A DNA stretch of 20,000 nucleotides, taken from the NCBI GenBank assembly GCA_045807245.1, contig JBJMHS010000007.1, forward strand, positions 54,950 to 74,949. The letters run 5' to 3'. Below the pieces are notes generated by a model that searched no databases, was not told the origin of the DNA, and saw nothing but the letters and a program-made list of their open reading frames with translations. A program made the position numbers and the translations under genes. Source of the stretch: Actinomycetales bacterium. GTDB taxonomy: Bacteria; Actinomycetota; Actinomycetes; Actinomycetales; CAVURS01. Below are positions 15,773-20,000 of the stretch, piece by piece. How positions within the stretch are numbered: the first letter of the stretch is position 1; every line of letters begins with the position of its first letter.

Positions 15773-17422
15773 TTAGCTGACACGCAGCCAGACGGTGGTG
15801 TCCGGTGTCAACGTAGCGGCGTCGGACAGCGGCCCGCTGGCCACGAGGAGCTCCGCTTCCTGGGGGACCGCCACGGGCGACGGGCCGACGTTGGCGATGA
15901 CCAGGACGTCGCCGTTCACGAAGGACAGCACATCCGGGCCGGCCGCCTCGACCCACCGCAGGGTTCCCGCACCGAGCGCGTGTGCCTTCCGCAGCCGCAG
16001 CGCGGTGCGGTACATCTCGTACGTCGAGCCCTCAGTCCCGCGCTGGACGTCCAACGCGTAACGCGCGAAGGACTCCGGTTGCGGCAGCCAGGTCAGCGTT
16101 CCGGAGTTGAACCCGTACGACGGGCCCCGGCCGTCCGCGGCGGTCCACGGCAAGGGGACGCGGCAGCCGTCGCGCCCGCGGTACTTGCCGTTCGATCGGA
16201 CCCACGCTGGGTCCTGCCGCAGCTCGTCCGGCAGTGTCGTGTGCTCGGGCAGACCGAGCTCCTCGCCCTGGTACAGGTACGACGATCCGGGCAGCGCGAG
16301 CATGAGAAGCGTTGCGGCCCGCCCTCTTCGGAGGCCCAAGGCTTCGTCCGGCTGGGGGTCACCGACGCCGATCGGTTGCCGCCAGTGGGTGCCCGGCGGC
16401 ATGCCGAAGCGTGAGGGATGCCGGACCACGTCGTGGTTGCTCAACACCCATGTGGTTGTCGCCTCGTGCACCTCGTTCGCCGACAGGTGGGAGTCGACGA
16501 CCTTGCGGATGCGGTCGGCGTCCCACCCGGCCTGCAGGAAGTCGAAGTTGAACGCCTGGTGCATCTCGTCGGGCCGCGTGTAGAGCGCGAGCCGCTCCAC
16601 CGGCTCGACCCAGGCCTCGGCCACCAAGATGCGCTCGCCGTCGTAGGCGTCCAGCACTTGCCGCCAGCGCAGGTAGATGTCGTGCACGCCGTCCTGGTCC
16701 CACATAGGCGGGGGTTTGCCGAGCTCGTCCTCGTTGCGTCGCTGCTCGCTCACCTGCCGCCAGTCGCGCAGGCCAGGCTCCTTGACCAGCCCGTTGGCAA
16801 CGTCGACCCGGAAGCCGTCGACCCCCCGGTCCAGCCAGAACCGCAGGATCGAGTCGAACTCCGCCAGCACCTCCTCGTTCGACCACTCGAGGTCCGGCTG
16901 GGACACGTCGAACAGGTGCAGGTACCACTGGCCGGGCCGGCCGTCCGCCTCGGCGACCCGCGTCCAGGCCGAACCGCCGAACACCGACAGCCAGTTCGTC
17001 GGGGGCTCGTCACCGCTCGGACCCCTGCCGTCCCGGAAGACGTACCGAGCCCGCTCGCGGCTGCCCGGCGCCGACGCGAGGGCGGCCTTGAACCACGCGT
17101 GCTCCGAGGACGTGTGGTTCGGCACCATGTCGACGATGACCCGCAGCCCCAGCCGGTGTGCCTCGCCGATGAGCTCGTCCGCGTCCGCCAGCGTGCCGAA
17201 CGTCGGGTCGATGTCGCGGTAGTCAGCGACGTCGTACCCGGCGTCGTACTGCGGTGACGTGTAGAACGGAGAGCACCAGAGGGCGTCGACCCCGAGCTCG
17301 ACCAAGTGGGACAACCTGGACGTGATGCCCCTCAGGTCGCCCAGGCCGTCGCCGTCCGCGTCGGCGAACGAGCGCGGGTAGACCTGGTAGATCACGGCGT
17401 CGCGCCACCACGGGATAGTCAT
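15773..17422 (-). CDS. aglA: GH13 alpha-glucosidase
   Basis: WWRDAVIYQVYPRSF, DMVPNH, GFRVDVA (nucleophile), VAEAW (acid/base), SNHD, RDGCRVPLPW. Syntenic with glbO. Confidence 0.9.
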   Translation of the reverse strand: MTIPWWRDAVIYQVYPRSFADADGDGLGDLRGITSRLSHLVELGVDALWCSPFYTSPQYDAGYDVADYRDIDPTFGTLADADELIGEAHRLGLRVIVDMVPNHTSSEHAWFKAALASAPGSRERARYVFRDGRGPSGDEPPTNWLSVFGGSAWTRVAEADGRPGQWYLHLFDVSQPDLEWSNEEVLAEFDSILRFWLDRGVDGFRVDVANGLVKEPGLRDWRQVSEQRRNEDELGKPPPMWDQDGVHDIYLRWRQVLDAYDGERILVAEAWVEPVERLALYTRPDEMHQAFNFDFLQAGWDADRIRKVVDSHLSANEVHEATTTWVLSNHDVVRHPSRFGMPPGTHWRQPIGVGDPQPDEALGLRRGRAATLLMLALPGSSYLYQGEELGLPEHTTLPDELRQDPAWVRSNGKYRGRDGCRVPLPWTAADGRGPSYGFNSGTLTWLPQPESFARYALDVQRGTEGSTYEMYRTALRLRKAHALGAGTLRWVEAAGPDVLSFVNGDVLVIANVGPSPVAVPQEAELLVASGPLSDAATLTPDTTVWLRVS

Positions 17423-17482
17423 GCGGCTAAAGCCTAGGAGGGGGAACGCGGCTCACGAGGAGGGGGCTGGTTGGATTGGTCG

Positions 17483-19216
17483 GTGCCGACCGACTGGTGG
17501 AAGACCGCTGTCATCTATCAGGTCTATCCGCGCAGCTTCGCCGACTCGAACGCGGACGGCGTGGGAGACCTGCCCGGGCTGGTCGGCCGGCTGGACTATC
17601 TCGCGCGGCTCGGGATCGACGCCATCTGGCTGTCGCCGGTCTACCCCTCGCCGCAGGACGACAACGGCTACGACATCAGCGACTACGAGGACATCGACCC
17701 GACCTACGGCTCGCTGGCCGACTTCGACGAGCTGGTCGCCCAGGCTCACCGGCGTGGCATCAAGATCGTCATCGACGTGGTCGTCAACCACACCTCGGAC
17801 GAGCACCCGTGGTTCACCGCCAGCCGCTCGTCCCAGGACGACCCCAAACGCGACTGGTACTGGTGGCGGCCGGCCCGGACCGGGTTCGAGCCCGGCACGC
17901 CCGGCGCCGAGCCGACCAACTGGCAGTCCTTCTTCTCCGGTCCGACGTGGGAGTTCGACGAGAAGACAGGCGAGTACTACCTGCACCTGTTCTCGCGCAA
18001 GCAACCGGACCTGAACTGGGAGAACGCCGGGGTCCGGCAGGCGGTCTACGAGATGCTCCGGTTCTGGCTCGACCGCGGCGTCGACGGCTTCCGGATGGAC
18101 GTCATCAACATGATCTCCAAGGCCGTCGCTGCCGACGGGTCGCTGCCGGACGGCCGCCCGCTGCCCGGGGACGGGATGCTCGGGAACGGCTGGCCGTACT
18201 TCATCTGCGGACCGCGCATCCACGAGTTCCTGCAGGAGCTCCATGAGCAGGTCCTCGCCGGGCGGGACCACACCCCGATGACGGTCGGTGAGATGCCCGG
18301 CGTGACGGTGGACGAGGCCGTCATGTTCACCGACCCGGCGCGGGCCGAGGTGGACATGGTGTTCCAGTTCGAGCACGTCGCGCTGGACCGGGGTGAGACC
18401 AAGTGGGACGTGCGGCCGTTCCGGCTGCTCGACCTCAAGGCGACCTTCGGCCGCTGGCAGTCGGCGCTCGCGCAGAGCGGCTGGAACAGCCTGTACTGGA
18501 ACAACCACGACCAGCCGCGCATCGTCTCCCGGTTCGGCGACGACGGCCAGTACCGCGTCCAGTCGGCCAAGCTCCTCGGCACCGTGCTGCACCTGCACCG
18601 TGGGACGCCGTACGTGTACCAGGGCGAGGAGCTGGGCATGACCAACGCCGGCTTCCAGGCCATCGAGGACTACCGAGACATCGAGTCGCTGAACCACTAC
18701 GCGGCTGCCGTGGCCGCCGGGCAGCAGCCGGACGACGTCCTGCGTGCCCTGCGGGTGATGAGCCGGGACAACGCGCGCACCCCGATGCCCTGGGACGGGT
18801 CGGAACACGGCGGTTTCACGACCGGCACACCCTGGCTACGAGTCAACGCGTCGTACCCGCAGATCAATGCCGAAGCGGCACTCGAGGACCCGGACTCGGT
18901 CTTCCACCACTACCGCAAGCTCATCGCACTGCGACACGACGAGCCGGCGGTGGGCCTCGGCGACTTCACCATGCTGCTCCCCGACCACGAACACGTCTAC
19001 GCGTTCAGCCGCACACTGGAGGACACGAAACTCCTTGTCCTGGCGAACTTCTCGGGATCGCCGGTGACCATCGACCTGCCCGATGCGGACCTGTGGACCG
19101 GCGCCGAGCTGGTCCTCGGCAACTACCCGGCAACGCCTGGCCTTGAGCCCTCCACGACGCTGCGGCCGTGGGAAGCCCACGTGCACCGGCGGCGCGGCTA
19201 CTCCCGCGGCGCGTAG
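17483..19216 (+). CDS. GH13 oligo-1,6-glucosidase-type alpha-glucosidase (MalL-like)
   Basis: SPQDDNGYDISDY, QPDLNWEN, GFRMDVIN, TVGEMP, NNHDQPR, SRDNARTPM. GTG at 17483 preferred; alternative TTG at 17471. Confidence 0.92.
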   Translation: MPTDWWKTAVIYQVYPRSFADSNADGVGDLPGLVGRLDYLARLGIDAIWLSPVYPSPQDDNGYDISDYEDIDPTYGSLADFDELVAQAHRRGIKIVIDVVVNHTSDEHPWFTASRSSQDDPKRDWYWWRPARTGFEPGTPGAEPTNWQSFFSGPTWEFDEKTGEYYLHLFSRKQPDLNWENAGVRQAVYEMLRFWLDRGVDGFRMDVINMISKAVAADGSLPDGRPLPGDGMLGNGWPYFICGPRIHEFLQELHEQVLAGRDHTPMTVGEMPGVTVDEAVMFTDPARAEVDMVFQFEHVALDRGETKWDVRPFRLLDLKATFGRWQSALAQSGWNSLYWNNHDQPRIVSRFGDDGQYRVQSAKLLGTVLHLHRGTPYVYQGEELGMTNAGFQAIEDYRDIESLNHYAAAVAAGQQPDDVLRALRVMSRDNARTPMPWDGSEHGGFTTGTPWLRVNASYPQINAEAALEDPDSVFHHYRKLIALRHDEPAVGLGDFTMLLPDHEHVYAFSRTLEDTKLLVLANFSGSPVTIDLPDADLWTGAELVLGNYPATPGLEPSTTLRPWEAHVHRRRGYSRGA

Positions 19217-19749
19217 GCCTCCGACTGGCGGCGCATGATCTCCCGCATCGACGTGCCGCGCGGCAGGCCGTACACCGTGCCCGGGAAGTCGAGCGGCTCC
19301 TGTACGGCCCAGAGCTCCTCGTGCTGGTCCGGCGAGAACAGCTGCGCGGGGCGGCCGGCGGCGATCCAGCCGATCGGCACGACGGTGCCGGCCTCGAGCG
19401 AGGAGTTGACGTGCAGGACGCTGTTGACCCGCAGCTCCGAGCCGGCGCCGGCCACCGAGCCCGGGAACATCGAGACACCGGTCGCCACGAACACCTCGTC
19501 CTCGACCGTCGTCCCGTTGAGATGAGCGTGCGGACCGACCAGTACCGCGTCGCCGATGCGCAGCGGGTGGTCGGCCCGCCCGCGCAGCACGGCCAGCTCC
19601 ATGACCAACACGTCCGAGCCGATGACGACGGGGCCGTTGTCGCCGTTGAGCACCGCGCCGTGCAGCACCCGGGAACCAGAGCCGATGGTCACGTCACCGG
19701 TCACTACTGCGGAGGCCGCCACCCAGGCCGTCGGGTCGATGGACGTCAT
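19198..19749 (-). CDS. Gamma-carbonic-anhydrase-like left-handed beta-helix protein
   Basis: Hexapeptide repeats IDPTAWVAASAVVTGDVTIGSGSRV. The ATG overlaps the globin stop (TGATG). Confidence 0.85.
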   Translation of the reverse strand: MTSIDPTAWVAASAVVTGDVTIGSGSRVLHGAVLNGDNGPVVIGSDVLVMELAVLRGRADHPLRIGDAVLVGPHAHLNGTTVEDEVFVATGVSMFPGSVAGAGSELRVNSVLHVNSSLEAGTVVPIGWIAAGRPAQLFSPDQHEELWAVQEPLDFPGTVYGLPRGTSMREIMRRQSEAYAPRE

Positions 19750-20000
19750 CAGCTGAACGTGTTGACCATCGCGTACGCCGCGCGCTCGAGGTAGTCCCAG
19801 AGCAGGTCGCGCTGTTCGGGCGGCAGCTCGAGCTCGTCGACGGCGACCTTCATGTGGCCCAGCCATCGGTCCCGCTGGTCGGGTGTCACGGCGAACGGCG
19901 CGTGCCGCATCCGTAGCCGTGGATGGCCACGCTGGTCGCTGTACGTCGTGGGGCCACCCCAGTACTGCTCGAGGAACAGGAGCAGCCGCTCCTCCGCGCC
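19749..20000 (-). CDS. glbO: Group II truncated hemoglobin, C-terminal part (5' truncated by window; absent from the ORF track)
   Basis: Translates [50 protein letters not shown]...[14 protein letters not shown]. Confidence 0.95.
   Translation of the reverse strand, partial: GAEERLLLFLEQYWGGPTTYSDQRGHPRLRMRHAPFAVTPDQRDRWLGHMKVAVDELELPPEQRDLLWDYLERAAYAMVNTFS

Noticed and set aside
1..20000. CRISPR array, integron-like cassette repeats, tRNA/rRNA, IS elements
   Set aside because: No regularly spaced DNA repeats or shared intergenic motif were seen. The repeats at 9.9-11.8 kb are protein-level only.

Overview
High-GC actinobacterial chromosomal window. The backbone follows a conserved order known from M. 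tuberculosis Rv2477c...Rv2470: ettA (3' part), acyl-CoA thioesterase, conserved hypothetical, alpha-glucosidase aglA, truncated globin glbO (3' part). Three blocks are interposed. (i) A TetR-linked acyl-CoA module (tesB-HAD-SDR-tetR, divergent from an LCAD-type acyl-CoA dehydrogenase, with a palindromic operator), followed by DUF1684 and a luciferase-like monooxygenase. (ii) An ~8.5 kb accessory region (about 7273-15772) with no integrase. It holds a 7-TM protein, an intact RibD-C/DHFR-fold gene, an unannotated deleted DHFR-fold pseudogene, an ArsR-SRPBCC pair with operator and a lower-GC AAA/winged-helix ATPase with a repeat-rich promoter. It also holds three exported proteins: a 14-repeat Cys-rich beta-propeller-like protein, a lipoprotein resembling a stand-alone alpha-lytic-protease prodomain, and an Ig-like protein behind a sigma-28 (FliA/WhiG)-type leaderless promoter. 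(iii) A second GH13 (oligo-1,6-glucosidase type) and a gamma-carbonic-anhydrase-like protein lacking the canonical Zn ligands. No rRNA, tRNA, CRISPR array or transposase was seen. All family calls come from motif recognition by eye, not from database searches.
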